From: a virus
Taxonomy: Duplodnaviria > Caudoviricetes
IMG/VR virus record: IMGVR_UViG_3300042486_000337
Coordinates: 1 to 59,357 of that record
Strand: one strand, 5' to 3'
DNA: 59,357 nt
Part shown: piece by piece, positions 1 through 11,133 of the stretch
Layout: each line of letters opens with the position of its first letter
Numbering within the stretch: the stretch's first letter is position 1
Made by a program: the position numbers and the translations under genes
The notes under the pieces: model-generated
What the model saw: only the letters and a program-made list of their open reading frames with translations
What the model was told of the DNA's origin: nothing
The model's database searches: none

Positions 1-128
1 TTAATGAAGCTTTACATGAAAATGGGTTAATTACCGAGAGTTCTGAAAAATCCAATGAAGTTTTTACATTCAAAGTAGGTAAGCACGTATTTGAAGGTAA
101 AGTAACCAAAATTAAAAAATTATCATAG
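1..128 (+). CDS. 3' end of hypothetical protein (partial)
   Basis: Open frame from window edge (..NEALHENGLITESSEKSNEVFTFKVGKHVFEGKVTKIKKLS) ending TAG at 126-128. Confidence 0.6.
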   Translation, partial: NEALHENGLITESSEKSNEVFTFKVGKHVFEGKVTKIKKLS

Positions 129-184
129 CCCCTTTATTTTTGAACTAAAATTACTATATTTTTTAGAAAATATATTAATTTATT

Positions 185-1393
185 ATGTCTAAAATCAAAG
201 TATTAGTAACACCTTCAGACCGTACCGGAGTTGGGAAATTCCGTTCTATTGACCCTCACGTATTTCTACAAAATTTATACGGAAATGAATTCCATGTTGA
301 TATAGTTTATGACCCATCATATGATGATATGAACTTTTGGAAAGATTATCAAATTGTTATTTACCATAGAAGTATTGGTCACGATTTTGATAGGGCTCAC
401 GCGTTAATTCAAAAATTAAACGAAATGGGTATTGTCACAATTTGTGATATTGACGACTATTGGATGCCGGGCAAAGAACACCCAATTCACGATATAATTA
501 GAGTTAATAAAATTAACGAAAAGATTATTGCAAATCTTAAAGTTTCAAAATATGTTACAACAACCACAGAATTATTTGCGGACGAAATTCGTAAAATAAA
601 CAAAAATGTTGTTGTTTTTCCTAACGCAATTAACCCAAATGAAGAACAATTTAAAGAACCTACAATAGAATCCGATAGATTACGAGTTGGATGGTTAGGT
701 GGTTCCTCTCACTTACACGATTTACAATTATTAGATTTTGCAAGACTTTCACAATATAAAGACAATTTACAATTTGTACTATGTGGATTTGATACAAGAG
801 GAACGGTAACCGAGATTAATAAACAAACAGGAGAACATAAGAAGAGAGATATTTTACCTCACGAAACAGTTTGGGCTCAGTATGAAAAAATATTCACACA
901 AAACCTTACAACGGTATCTGAAGAATATAAAAAATATCTGTTACAATATACTCAAGAAAAATATCCAAATGAATTAAACGAAGCATATGTTCGTGTTTGG
1001 ACACAACCCGTAACGGCTTATGCGAAGAATTACTCAAAATTTGACATCTCTCTCGCACCAATTAAAAACCACATGTTTAACCGAATGAAATCTCAATTGA
1101 AAGTAATTGAGGCAGGATTTTACAAGAAAGCTATTATTGCGTCAAATGTTGGTCCATACACGATAGATTTGAAACATTGTTTAGACCGTGGTAATTTTGT
1201 TGATGGAAACGCCTTATTAGTTGATGAGAATAGAAATCACTCTGATTGGTCAAAATACATTGAGAAATTATTAAAAAATCCAAATATGGTTAAAGATATG
1301 GGTGAGAGATTATATGAAACCGTAAAGGATAAGTATGACTTAAATAATGTAACAAAAGATAGAAGAGAATTTTATTTAAACACATTAAAGTAA
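185..1393 (+). CDS. Glycosyltransferase, GT-B fold (GT4-like)
   Basis: DIDD, RVGWLGGSSH, DISLAP...FNRMKSQLKVIEAG motifs typical of phage GT-B proteins. Confidence 0.8.
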   Translation: MSKIKVLVTPSDRTGVGKFRSIDPHVFLQNLYGNEFHVDIVYDPSYDDMNFWKDYQIVIYHRSIGHDFDRAHALIQKLNEMGIVTICDIDDYWMPGKEHPIHDIIRVNKINEKIIANLKVSKYVTTTTELFADEIRKINKNVVVFPNAINPNEEQFKEPTIESDRLRVGWLGGSSHLHDLQLLDFARLSQYKDNLQFVLCGFDTRGTVTEINKQTGEHKKRDILPHETVWAQYEKIFTQNLTTVSEEYKKYLLQYTQEKYPNELNEAYVRVWTQPVTAYAKNYSKFDISLAPIKNHMFNRMKSQLKVIEAGFYKKAIIASNVGPYTIDLKHCLDRGNFVDGNALLVDENRNHSDWSKYIEKLLKNPNMVKDMGERLYETVKDKYDLNNVTKDRREFYLNTLK

Positions 1394-1401
1394 AAAAAAA
1401 T

Positions 1402-2103
1402 ATGATAAACACACCATTAACAAAATTATTATTTTTAGACATTGAAACCGTTGGAGTTCAACCTGATTGGGAATCTCTCCAAACGAATAGACCTGAATTG
1501 GCGTTTCAATTTGAGAACTATTACGATTGGTTTCAAAAAAGATTTCCTGAAGACGCTGACAAGCCTGTTGGAGATATGTTTGTTAATAGGTCGGCATTGG
1601 TACCGGAATTCGCAAGAATTGCTTGTGTGAGTGTTGCCTTCGTAACTGACAAAGGCGAAACCAAAATGCAATCATTTAGTAATCCTGACGAAAAAATAAT
1701 GTTACAAGAAGTTCAAAAACTATTATATAGAGTTGGAGAACTTGGTTTCTTTTTATGTGGCCATAATGTTAAAGGATTTGATATTCCAATGTTGGCGAAA
1801 AGAATGATTATGAATGGGATTATGCCACCAAAAATATTACCCGGACACGATACTAAACCATGGGAAATCAAAGCGTTAGACACCAAAGAAGTTTGGCAAT
1901 ATGGTGGATATGGTTCAATTGCGTCATTAGAACTTATGTGTGTATGTTTGGGTATTGAGTCTTCAAAAAACATGGAAGTAACCGGAAATAAAGTTCACGA
2001 GGCATTTTGGGTGAAAAAAGATATTAAGGGTATTATTGAATATTGTGAAAAGGACGTATCGGTTTTAATCGATGTCATAAAAAAATTAAATGAATTAAAA
2101 TAA
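1402..2103 (+). CDS. Stand-alone 3'-5' exonuclease (DnaQ/PolB-exo-like)
   Basis: ExoI LDIET, ExoII GHNVKGFDIP, ExoIII YCEKDV. Confidence 0.85.
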   Translation: MINTPLTKLLFLDIETVGVQPDWESLQTNRPELAFQFENYYDWFQKRFPEDADKPVGDMFVNRSALVPEFARIACVSVAFVTDKGETKMQSFSNPDEKIMLQEVQKLLYRVGELGFFLCGHNVKGFDIPMLAKRMIMNGIMPPKILPGHDTKPWEIKALDTKEVWQYGGYGSIASLELMCVCLGIESSKNMEVTGNKVHEAFWVKKDIKGIIEYCEKDVSVLIDVIKKLNELK

Positions 2104-2732
2104 TGTTAGATATAAACAACTTAGGTCATTTTGACCCAAAAACGAAAGACGAGATTATTAGACAATTTGAGAAAATCAAAGCTGAAGCAGGTATTGAAAC
2201 TGAAGATGATAATTATCAAAAAGAACTTGATGAAATGTTAGGATTTTCTATGGATGAAATGGAAGAAGAGATAAATAAAATGTCGAAAACCAAAACCATA
2301 AAAGTTGAACTAACAAATGCGGATTCCGTTTTTCCAAAATATGCTTACCCATCAGATTCGGGATTTGATTTACATGCGTCGGAAGAAGTTATTATAGGTC
2401 CGTTTGGTAGAGCATTAGTTCCAACAGGATTAAAAGTTTCTTTTGAGGAAGGATATGAAATTCAAGTTAGACCAAAAAGTGGATTGGCAATTAAACAAGG
2501 ATTAACAGTTCTTAACACACCCGGAACCGTAGACCAGGGATATACCGGTGAAATTCAAGTTATTGTTTTCAACACCAATAATACGACGGTAACAATACCT
2601 AAAGGTATGAAAGTAGGTCAAGCGGTGTTATGTCCTGTAGTTCAAGGTAAATATGTTAATTTTGAATCGGTGGATAAAGTGGAGGACAAAGATAGAGGGA
2701 ATAATGGATTTGGTTCAACAGGATTAATTTAA
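2103..2732 (+). CDS. dut: Trimeric dUTPase with N-terminal extension
   Basis: SGFDL, RPKSGL, PGTVDQGYTGEI, RGNNGFGSTG. Confidence 0.95.
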   Translation: MLDINNLGHFDPKTKDEIIRQFEKIKAEAGIETEDDNYQKELDEMLGFSMDEMEEEINKMSKTKTIKVELTNADSVFPKYAYPSDSGFDLHASEEVIIGPFGRALVPTGLKVSFEEGYEIQVRPKSGLAIKQGLTVLNTPGTVDQGYTGEIQVIVFNTNNTTVTIPKGMKVGQAVLCPVVQGKYVNFESVDKVEDKDRGNNGFGSTGLI

Positions 2733-2733
2733 T

Positions 2734-3888
2734 ATGAAGATAGGGTTAATTGGGTGCGATATAATTGGATTAACATTTGCGTTGTTGTGCGAACAAAATG
2801 GACATGAAATATTAATTTCAGAAGATGAAGATTTTGTATATAACTTAAATCAAAAAGTCGTCATAACTAACGAACCGTTAATTCAAAGTTTGTTATTAGA
2901 TAGTAATCGTTTGTCGGGAACCACAAACCCAATTGATGTTATTAAACATTCTGACATTATATTCACATTTTCAGAACCAATATCATCAATTGATGGTATA
3001 TACGACACCTCAAAAGTATTTGAGGTTATTAAACATTTTTTTACCGCGAATTCATTGGAGATTCCACTATATGATAAAAAATTTGTGGTATGTTCTACCA
3101 CCAACCCTGGTGATGTTGAACAAATTCAAAAAAAATTATCAATGTTTAATATTGAAGTGGCGTATAATCCACCAATTATTACCCATGGTAATTTGGTGAA
3201 GGATTACCAACATTCGGATATTACGATTATTGGTTCCGATTATGATAAAATAAAAGAAGATTTATCGTTAATATATCGTCAAATAATTAAAGGTTCAGTT
3301 CATCTTTATTTGATGTCTATTAAATCCGCCGAAATTACAAAAATTGGTATTGATGGTTTTTTAGCTACAAAAATAACTTACGCAAATGTAATATCAAATT
3401 TAATGGAAAAAATGGGAGTTGAGGATGAAATAAGTTTAGTGTTAAACGCAATTAACCGTGATTTGAGAATCGGTGAAAAACCTTTAACTTCCACCTATGG
3501 ATTCTCGGGCCCATCAATATCTAAATCAAATAGAACATTAATCAAATATTTGGAAGATTTGGGTTTGAGTTATGAGTTACCGTTGTCGGTTAAAAACGAT
3601 AATGAATACCATATTCAACATCTAAAATTGAAATACTTGGAGATAAATCCCGATAAATCAGTACCATTTATTTTTGAAGCCGTTGGAGATGTTAAAGAAG
3701 AGGTGTTTGACGAATCCCAAGAAATAAAATTATGTGTTGAGTTATTATCAGAAGGATACATGATACACACATATAAAAATGAAAACACATTTTCAAAATT
3801 ACTAAAATTAAGTGATTCTTATGAAAATAGATTAAAATTTTTTAAACAAGGAACATCCCCTCAAGGATGTAAAATTAAATTAAAATGA
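2734..3888 (+). CDS. UDP-glucose/GDP-mannose dehydrogenase-like protein (degenerate catalytic motifs)
   Basis: MKIGLIG start, STTNPG, SAEITK...FLATKITYAN, DLRIG; GFSGPS where GxGGxC is expected. Confidence 0.75.
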   Translation: MKIGLIGCDIIGLTFALLCEQNGHEILISEDEDFVYNLNQKVVITNEPLIQSLLLDSNRLSGTTNPIDVIKHSDIIFTFSEPISSIDGIYDTSKVFEVIKHFFTANSLEIPLYDKKFVVCSTTNPGDVEQIQKKLSMFNIEVAYNPPIITHGNLVKDYQHSDITIIGSDYDKIKEDLSLIYRQIIKGSVHLYLMSIKSAEITKIGIDGFLATKITYANVISNLMEKMGVEDEISLVLNAINRDLRIGEKPLTSTYGFSGPSISKSNRTLIKYLEDLGLSYELPLSVKNDNEYHIQHLKLKYLEINPDKSVPFIFEAVGDVKEEVFDESQEIKLCVELLSEGYMIHTYKNENTFSKLLKLSDSYENRLKFFKQGTSPQGCKIKLK

Positions 3889-5408
3889 TAACAATAATAT
3901 ATTCTACGCACAAAGATTCAAACTATAATAAAGAATTTCAATTACATTTGAATAAAACAATTGGAGTTAAAAATTATGAAATATTAGAATTTGAAAACCA
4001 TAATCAATATTCATTAGCCGAAGTATATAATAAGGGGATTTCCCAATCAAAATACGATATTATTGTTTGTATCCATAACGACATTAAACTTGAAAATGGT
4101 TGGGGTAAAAAACTTTTATCCGATTTTTCCAATTCTCCCGAATTCGGTATAATTGGAAAGGCGGGTTCTTGTTATTTTCCCGAATCAGGAGTTTATTGGG
4201 AAAGAATGAACCAAACTATGGTTGGGCAAGTTTATCATCACCCTCCGGGTCAAAACAAATGGATAAATCGATACTCAACAAAATTACCGGAATTAATTCC
4301 TGTGGTTACAATTGATGGGTTGTTTATGGCGTTTAATAAGACAAAAATCAAACACACTTTTGATGAAACCATTGGTAAATTCCATTTTTACGACCACGGA
4401 TTTTGTGTTCCTAATTATTTAGATGGTGTTAAAATTGGGGTGACAACCTCGTTTGAAATCACTCATCAATCTATCGGACAACCGAACCAAGAATTTTTCG
4501 AGTCCAAAGATAAATTTTTGGAGAAATATAAGTCCATATTACCAATAGACTTAAAACCAAACAAAGTTTTTGTAGAACAATTAAAAGAAAAACCAATAAA
4601 AAATATTGGGAAAGTTGCGGTTATTATACCAACAAAAGGGAAGGTTAGTATGTTATTTGATTGTATTAACTCACTAATCACCCATTGTAATTCAAACATT
4701 TTTGAAATTTTTATTGCCGACACTGGTTCGTCCGAAGAAGAAAAAACAGAAATAAAATCATTCATTCTTGAGAATAAAGAAAAAGCCGTAATCAAACTAA
4801 TTGAATATGACTATTATAATTTCGCAAAAATAAATAATGATGTAGTTAAAAACCATATTGACGAAAGATTTGAATTTTTATTATTTTGCAATAATGATAT
4901 TGTTGTATTAAATAATGTTATTTATGGAATGTTAAAAACATTTAAAGAGAATGTTAATGTCGGGACTGTCGGAGCAAGACTTCATTACGGCGACAATACA
5001 ATCCAACATAATGGTATTATATTGATTGCGTATCCGGATAGGTCGATTAGGGTAACTCACGAAGGATTACGTAGTTATTACAAATATAATACCTCCCCAA
5101 AACAAGTGTTGGGTAATACCGGAGCATTACTTATGATTAGAAAATCTCTATTCGAGAAGTGTGAATATTTTAATGAGAGTTATTACGGTTGTTTTGAAGA
5201 TGTTGAACTTAACATAAAATGTATTTCTTTGGGGCACACCAATTACTTTAATGGTAATTTGGTGGCATATCATTTAGAAAGTCAAACAAGAAATCAATCT
5301 TCAGATAAAAACGAACAAGAATTAATTGACTATAACACCAAATTGGTTCCGTTCATTAACCAAAATTTAGATAAAATAAAGAATTTATTATTATATGCAA
5401 ATAATTGA
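3885..5408 (+). CDS. Two-domain glycosyltransferase family 2
   Basis: N-terminal GT-like domain (IHND, IDG, FHFYD) plus GT2 domain (VIIPT, ADTGS, CNND, FEDVEL). Confidence 0.85.
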   Translation: MITIIYSTHKDSNYNKEFQLHLNKTIGVKNYEILEFENHNQYSLAEVYNKGISQSKYDIIVCIHNDIKLENGWGKKLLSDFSNSPEFGIIGKAGSCYFPESGVYWERMNQTMVGQVYHHPPGQNKWINRYSTKLPELIPVVTIDGLFMAFNKTKIKHTFDETIGKFHFYDHGFCVPNYLDGVKIGVTTSFEITHQSIGQPNQEFFESKDKFLEKYKSILPIDLKPNKVFVEQLKEKPIKNIGKVAVIIPTKGKVSMLFDCINSLITHCNSNIFEIFIADTGSSEEEKTEIKSFILENKEKAVIKLIEYDYYNFAKINNDVVKNHIDERFEFLLFCNNDIVVLNNVIYGMLKTFKENVNVGTVGARLHYGDNTIQHNGIILIAYPDRSIRVTHEGLRSYYKYNTSPKQVLGNTGALLMIRKSLFEKCEYFNESYYGCFEDVELNIKCISLGHTNYFNGNLVAYHLESQTRNQSSDKNEQELIDYNTKLVPFINQNLDKIKNLLLYANN

Positions 5409-5961
5409 TGAAAATAAAATAACCTTCATAATACCTTCGGTAAATCGGGAGACACTAACTAATAGTGTTAATTCTCTTATAAACCAAACAAATGGTAATT
5501 GGAAATGTATTATTATTTATGATGGGGTTTCAGGTGTAGAATTTGAAGATGAAAGAATTAAATGTATTGAGATTAATAAACTGGGAAATAACACCTCTAC
5601 GCACGGAGTTTCGGGTTTGGTTAGGGATATTGGATTGGATTTGGTTGATACCGGTTGGATTGGATTTTTGGATGACGATGATAGTTTAGAACCCGAATAT
5701 GTTGAAACCTTATTTAGTAAATACACGGATTACGACTTTGTAATCTTTAGAATGATATGGGAAAATGGTAGAGTATTTCCGAGCGGGGAATCTTTATATT
5801 TTGGTAATGTTGGTATATCTTTTTGTTATAAAAATAAATTTGAAGGACTTAGGTTTGGTATCAATGATGATGGTGAAGACTTTAAATTTGTTGAAAAATT
5901 AACAAATTTGAGTAAAAATTATATCATAACCCCTGAAATCTTATATAGAGTAAACCACTAA
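5395..5961 (+). CDS. Glycosyltransferase family 2
   Basis: FIIPS, GFLDDDD, GEDF. Confidence 0.8.
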   Translation: MQIIDENKITFIIPSVNRETLTNSVNSLINQTNGNWKCIIIYDGVSGVEFEDERIKCIEINKLGNNTSTHGVSGLVRDIGLDLVDTGWIGFLDDDDSLEPEYVETLFSKYTDYDFVIFRMIWENGRVFPSGESLYFGNVGISFCYKNKFEGLRFGINDDGEDFKFVEKLTNLSKNYIITPEILYRVNH

Positions 5962-5975
5962 TAACACAATAAAAT

Positions 5976-6695
5976 ATGACGCTAAGAGTATTTGTAGTAA
6001 ATTTAAACAACAAAGGTTATACCGAAAAATGTATAAACCTATTACTTAACCAAAATTATAAAAATTTTAAGATAACCTTATTCGACCAAAATTCTAGAGA
6101 GGAAGGAACTACCGATATGTTAAATTATTTCGCAACTAAAAATGTTGATGTAATTAGAAATACAGATAACGACCCTCTAAATTCGGTGTGGAATTTACTT
6201 TACTCAACTTATTGTGAAGATATATTGTGTTTCTTAAATAATGATGTCCTATTTTATGATAATTTTATTTCGGACGTTATTAATGTATTCGAAAAAGAAC
6301 CAAATGTTGGAGTTGCGGTACATTCAACCAATCATGATGATTTTATAGTTAAAAAAGATATCACCGAATATGAAATTGTTGAGAGACACAAACATATGCA
6401 GGGTTGGGATTTTAGTATTAGGAGAGAATTATATACGATAATACCCGAAAATTTAAAAACTTTTTGTGGAGATGATTTTATTTTTCATCACTTATATGAA
6501 AAAGGATTTGATATGGCATACATTACAAGTTCACCTATGGTTCATTTCGAAGGTCAAAGTAAACCACATTTAGTTCATGGAGGACTTGAGTCGGATATTC
6601 AAACCTATATTAATATGGGATACCCACATAATTTGAAAATAAACACAAGATTTTCAAATGTGAAACCAAGTAAAATTTTTATACCTAATGACTAA
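5976..6695 (+). CDS. Glycosyltransferase family 2
   Basis: VVNLN, FDQNS, FLNND, GDD. Confidence 0.75.
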   Translation: MTLRVFVVNLNNKGYTEKCINLLLNQNYKNFKITLFDQNSREEGTTDMLNYFATKNVDVIRNTDNDPLNSVWNLLYSTYCEDILCFLNNDVLFYDNFISDVINVFEKEPNVGVAVHSTNHDDFIVKKDITEYEIVERHKHMQGWDFSIRRELYTIIPENLKTFCGDDFIFHHLYEKGFDMAYITSSPMVHFEGQSKPHLVHGGLESDIQTYINMGYPHNLKINTRFSNVKPSKIFIPND

Positions 6696-7284
6696 TCAAC
6701 CTATTTTAGATATTATTGCGGTAACTTACGGACAAAACGAAATACTCAAATGTTTTATAAATTCAATAAAATCTCAAACAAATAGTAATTGGAGACTTTA
6801 TCTAATACATGACGGTAAAAACGAAGAATTACGAATTGATTTAGAGTCAAACGGATACTTAACCGAGAACATTACGTTTATAGAATATCCAGAAAGAACC
6901 ATGAATTACGGACATTTATTACGTAAGTGGGGATTAGAGAATTTGGTAACAAGTGAGTATGTGTTAATAACAAATGGTGATAACTATTATACTCCAAACA
7001 TGGTTGAGGAGGTATTGACTAACAACACGGATTTAATATATTTTGATTGTATCCATTCTCACGATAACGAACTAAACCACAACAAATCAACTTATGGATA
7101 TATGGATTGTAAATTAATTATTTCCAATATAGATATGGGTTGTGTTGTGGTTAGAAGTGAACTCGCAAAATCTATTGGGTTTAACTCGGTTAGTTATTCT
7201 GCGGATTGGGACTATTTTAATGAAATATTATTAACTAATCCATCTATAAAAAAAATAAATAAAGTTTTATTCGTTCACAATTAA
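6688..7284 (+). CDS. Glycosyltransferase family 2
   Basis: AVTY, IHDG, TNGDNYY, ADW. Confidence 0.75.
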   Translation: MTNQPILDIIAVTYGQNEILKCFINSIKSQTNSNWRLYLIHDGKNEELRIDLESNGYLTENITFIEYPERTMNYGHLLRKWGLENLVTSEYVLITNGDNYYTPNMVEEVLTNNTDLIYFDCIHSHDNELNHNKSTYGYMDCKLIISNIDMGCVVVRSELAKSIGFNSVSYSADWDYFNEILLTNPSIKKINKVLFVHN

Positions 7285-7302
7285 AAAAAAATAATAAATA
7301 AT

Positions 7303-8043
7303 ATGTCCACACAAACATTCATTTTCGTTCACGACCAAAATATAATTTTGGATTACATACAAGTTAATAAATTCAGTAATTTAGACAATTTAACTTATAT
7401 GTTTTTAGGTGGTGGAGACACCTCAAAAATTAAAGACTTATCAAATGTCATTATCTGTAGAGAATTACCGATTAACATTGAAGAATACCCAAAATTAACA
7501 TCATTTAGTGGGTGGTACGCAATTTGGAAAAACAATCTATATACTCACGACTTTATAAATTTATTTGAGTACGATATTAATTTATCTCCAAATTTTAATG
7601 AGACGACTCAAAATAACTTAACTTCAGAAACCGAAATTGTTGGGTATATCCCTTTTAGTCCTCATGATTACGCATTCTTGAAACATACTCCGTGGGTTAA
7701 AGAATTGTCAGAGTCAATTAAATCGAATTATAATATTGATATTATAAGTGAAATAAATGGATTACCTCATGATATAATTTGTTCCATGACCTCCAATCAC
7801 ACATTTAGTAAGAGTTCATTCGAGAAATATATGGAATGGATGGAACCAATGATTGATGATGTTAAAATTTCAAACTTATCCGGACATCAAGCAGAGCGTT
7901 CAATTAGTTTATTTTATCTATTACATAAATTAGAAAATGTTAAAGTTATTCCGGACATTTTACATCATTTTCAATTTGATAGTCATAAAACTCAAGGAAT
8001 TGGGGAAGAAAAATTCATAAATAATTACAGTAAATTACTATGA
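7303..8043 (+). CDS. Hypothetical protein, possible GT-A-like
   Basis: FEYD and terminal AER motif; inside the glycosylation cluster. Confidence 0.45.
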   Translation: MSTQTFIFVHDQNIILDYIQVNKFSNLDNLTYMFLGGGDTSKIKDLSNVIICRELPINIEEYPKLTSFSGWYAIWKNNLYTHDFINLFEYDINLSPNFNETTQNNLTSETEIVGYIPFSPHDYAFLKHTPWVKELSESIKSNYNIDIISEINGLPHDIICSMTSNHTFSKSSFEKYMEWMEPMIDDVKISNLSGHQAERSISLFYLLHKLENVKVIPDILHHFQFDSHKTQGIGEEKFINNYSKLL

Positions 8044-8696
8044 AATATTTAAGTTTCAGTTTATGGGGGGACAATCCTCTTTATAATGTTGGAGCAATTA
8101 GAAATGCAGAATTATATAAGACAATTTACCCTAATTGGCAAATGGTTGTTTATTATGATAATACAGTACCTGAAGAAACCATCACTACTTTAGATAGACT
8201 TGGAGTTGAATTATATAAAATGGATGGGTCAATTTACCCGGCGTTTTGGAGATTTTTAATCTCGGAGAAGAACGACTGTGAATATTCAGTATTTAGAGAT
8301 TGTGATTCTAGAATCTCAGTTCGAGAAAAGTTAGCGGTAGATGAATGGATAAATAGTGGTAAAAGTATTCATATCATGAGAGACCACCCATACCATAGAA
8401 TACCTGCAGGTAATAATTCGATTGGAATTTTAGCCGGAATGTGGGGAATTAAAGGTAGGATTATACCGATGATGGATATGATTGTTGAATTTATTAGAGG
8501 TAAACATAACAACTATGGGATAGACCAGAGTTTTTTGAAAATAATATATGATAGATTCAGTAACGACAGTGTCGTCCATGATGAATTTTTTGAGAATAAA
8601 CCATTCCCAATTAAAAGAGAAAATGGTAGATTTATTGGAGAAAGAATTGGTGTTGATGAGAATCCCGTTGGAAGTGATTATAAATTAGTTTTATGA
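8040..8696 (+). CDS. Putative glycosyltransferase-like protein
   Basis: SFSLWG, FWRF, RDCDSR, MRDHPYH, AGMWG, DQSFL. Confidence 0.55.
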   Translation: MKYLSFSLWGDNPLYNVGAIRNAELYKTIYPNWQMVVYYDNTVPEETITTLDRLGVELYKMDGSIYPAFWRFLISEKNDCEYSVFRDCDSRISVREKLAVDEWINSGKSIHIMRDHPYHRIPAGNNSIGILAGMWGIKGRIIPMMDMIVEFIRGKHNNYGIDQSFLKIIYDRFSNDSVVHDEFFENKPFPIKRENGRFIGERIGVDENPVGSDYKLVL

Positions 8697-9406
8697 AAAT
8701 AAAATATGCGTTAATGGGGTCAAATGAAAACCCCTTGTATTTAGATTTTTGGCCTGTAGTTTCCAAAGTTTGGAAAGAGTTATTTAATATAACACCAGTT
8801 TTAGGTCTAATCGGTAATGAAGAGTCTGACCTATATGATGATGGAAATGGGTTAGTTATTAAATTAAAATCAATAGATGGTTTAGATGACGGGTTACTAT
8901 CACAAATAGTAAGATTATACCTACCAAAGTTTTTAGAAGGTAATTGTATTGTGTCAGACATTGATATGATACCATTATCCAAAAAATATTTTATAGACGG
9001 ATTAGATGAATATTCAGACAAAGAGTTCATTATAATGTCTTCACATCACCCACAAACTATCGACAGTAATCAATACCCAATGTGTTATGTTGCGGGTAAC
9101 GATAAACTGTTTAAACAAATATTCAATTTAGAAGATAGTTGGGATGTTTTCTCAAATAAAATACCTAATCAAGGGTGGTTCACCGACCAATGTTATTTAT
9201 ATGACGCAGTAAACTCAAATCCTGATATTACCTATAAATTCCCGGAAAGAGTTGGAGGATTTGTTGAAAATAGGGTAGATAGGATTGATTGGAAATACGA
9301 TATTAATAAATTAAAAGAAGGGTTTTATATTGATTGTCATTCATTGAGACCTTATATTAACCATAAAACGGAAGTTGATAATTTAATAAACTCACTATTG
9401 AAATAA
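8693..9406 (+). CDS. Putative glycosyltransferase-like protein
   Basis: SDIDM DxD motif, YPMCY, WFTDQ. Confidence 0.5.
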   Translation: MKIKYALMGSNENPLYLDFWPVVSKVWKELFNITPVLGLIGNEESDLYDDGNGLVIKLKSIDGLDDGLLSQIVRLYLPKFLEGNCIVSDIDMIPLSKKYFIDGLDEYSDKEFIIMSSHHPQTIDSNQYPMCYVAGNDKLFKQIFNLEDSWDVFSNKIPNQGWFTDQCYLYDAVNSNPDITYKFPERVGGFVENRVDRIDWKYDINKLKEGFYIDCHSLRPYINHKTEVDNLINSLLK

Positions 9407-9412
9407 TATTAT

Positions 9413-10573
9413 ATGAAAAACATACAATTATTTATCCCTAAATTTAGAAAAAATGAAATCCTTGAAGAAATCTCCGAATGTTTGGATAAGGGTTGGACGG
9501 GTTTAGGTTATAAAACCATAGAAATTGAAAATAAATGGAAGGAATATACCGGATTATCACACGCACACTTCTTAAACTCTAACACATCAGGTTTACATTT
9601 GGCGATTAAAATATTAAAAGATGTTAATAAATGGAGTGACGGAGATGAAATAATAACAACCCCTTTAACATTTGTTTCTTCAAATCATGCGATAATGTAT
9701 GAAGGTATGACCCCAATATTTGCCGATGTTGATGAGTATTTATGTTTGAACCCAAAATCAGTTGAATCTAAAATTACTAAAAAAACTAAAGCAGTTTTAT
9801 TTGTTGGAATTGGTGGTAATACCGGTCAATATAATGAGATTGTTAGAATTTGTAGAAAACACAAATTAAAATTGATTTTAGACGCGGCACATATGTCAGG
9901 TACCTTTATTGAATGTCCTGAAACCAAAAGTGTTAAACATGTTGGTTATGATTCAGATGTAACCGTATTCAGTTTCCAAGCGGTTAAAAACCTACCTACC
10001 GCAGATTCAGGTATGATTTGTTTTAATAATGAAGATTATGACACTCTCTCACGAAAACTATCTTGGTTAGGGATTGATAAAGACACTTACCAGAGAACCA
10101 ACGATAAAGGTTCATATAAATGGGAATATGATTTAGTTGATGTCGGGTTCAAATATCATGGCAATTCAATTATGGCATCAATGGCGTTAGTTGGATTGAA
10201 ATATCTTGAGGAGGATAACGAATATCGTAGAAAAATTTCCGAAAAATATGAAAATGCGTTATCTAAACATAATATCGAAACCATTAAAATTCATAAGGAT
10301 TGTAAAAAATCTTCAAGACACTTATTTCAAATAGTAGTGGAAAACAGGAATAAATTTATGGAGATGTTAAATTCTAATGGAATCTACCCTGGTGTTCATT
10401 ATAGAGACAACACCAATTATAAAATGTACGAATACGGGAAAGTAGGGTGTCCTTACTCTAATAATATATCAGAAAAACTAATCTCATTACCTCTACATCT
10501 TAACTTAACTGATGATGATGTTGATTATGTAATTGAGAATGTTATTACCATAAATAAACAATTAAACAATTAA
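9413..10573 (+). CDS. DegT/DnrJ/EryC1/StrS PLP-dependent sugar aminotransferase
   Basis: NSNTSGLHLA, TPLTFVS, DAAH, FSFQAVKNL (PLP lysine), SLPLH. Confidence 0.95.
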   Translation: MKNIQLFIPKFRKNEILEEISECLDKGWTGLGYKTIEIENKWKEYTGLSHAHFLNSNTSGLHLAIKILKDVNKWSDGDEIITTPLTFVSSNHAIMYEGMTPIFADVDEYLCLNPKSVESKITKKTKAVLFVGIGGNTGQYNEIVRICRKHKLKLILDAAHMSGTFIECPETKSVKHVGYDSDVTVFSFQAVKNLPTADSGMICFNNEDYDTLSRKLSWLGIDKDTYQRTNDKGSYKWEYDLVDVGFKYHGNSIMASMALVGLKYLEEDNEYRRKISEKYENALSKHNIETIKIHKDCKKSSRHLFQIVVENRNKFMEMLNSNGIYPGVHYRDNTNYKMYEYGKVGCPYSNNISEKLISLPLHLNLTDDDVDYVIENVITINKQLNN

Positions 10574-10580
10574 ATAAAAT

Positions 10581-11132
10581 ATGGAAAAAAATATAGAATT
10601 TTTTAACATTCAAGACGAACATCCTTCGGATTCGTTAAGGTTTTTAGACCCAAAAAATAAAAATTTTTTAGATTTAGGATGTGGGAGGCATACTGACAAG
10701 TCAGGTAATTGGACTCTACCTCCATCCGAATATACTCCAATATTTGCGGTAGAACGAGGAGCTAAAAAAGTGGTAGGTGTTGATTCAAGAGATGTTGAAA
10801 AATCTTTTTATGAAGAATACTTTAAAGAAAATTTTCCGGATATTGAATGTCATTTTTATACGGATTTAATTGAAAATTCAGAACAAGTTAAATCATTAAT
10901 TAAAACTCATGATATAGATTTCATTAAAACCGATATTGAAGGGTATGAGACATTATTTTTAACTTGGTCGAAAGAGGATTTTGAAAATATTACGGACTTT
11001 GTTATAGAGTACCATACTAACGAAATTAAAAACGGATTTTTAAATAAACTAAATGAGTGGGGATTCCAATTATACGCACAGGGAGTAACATGGGTAGATG
11101 GAATTGGGGTACTTTTTACGAAAAAAAACTAA
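10581..11132 (+). CDS. SAM-dependent methyltransferase (FkbM-like)
   Basis: LDLGCG, IKTDIEGYE, IEYH. Confidence 0.7.
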   Translation: MEKNIEFFNIQDEHPSDSLRFLDPKNKNFLDLGCGRHTDKSGNWTLPPSEYTPIFAVERGAKKVVGVDSRDVEKSFYEEYFKENFPDIECHFYTDLIENSEQVKSLIKTHDIDFIKTDIEGYETLFLTWSKEDFENITDFVIEYHTNEIKNGFLNKLNEWGFQLYAQGVTWVDGIGVLFTKKN

Positions 11133-11133
11133 A

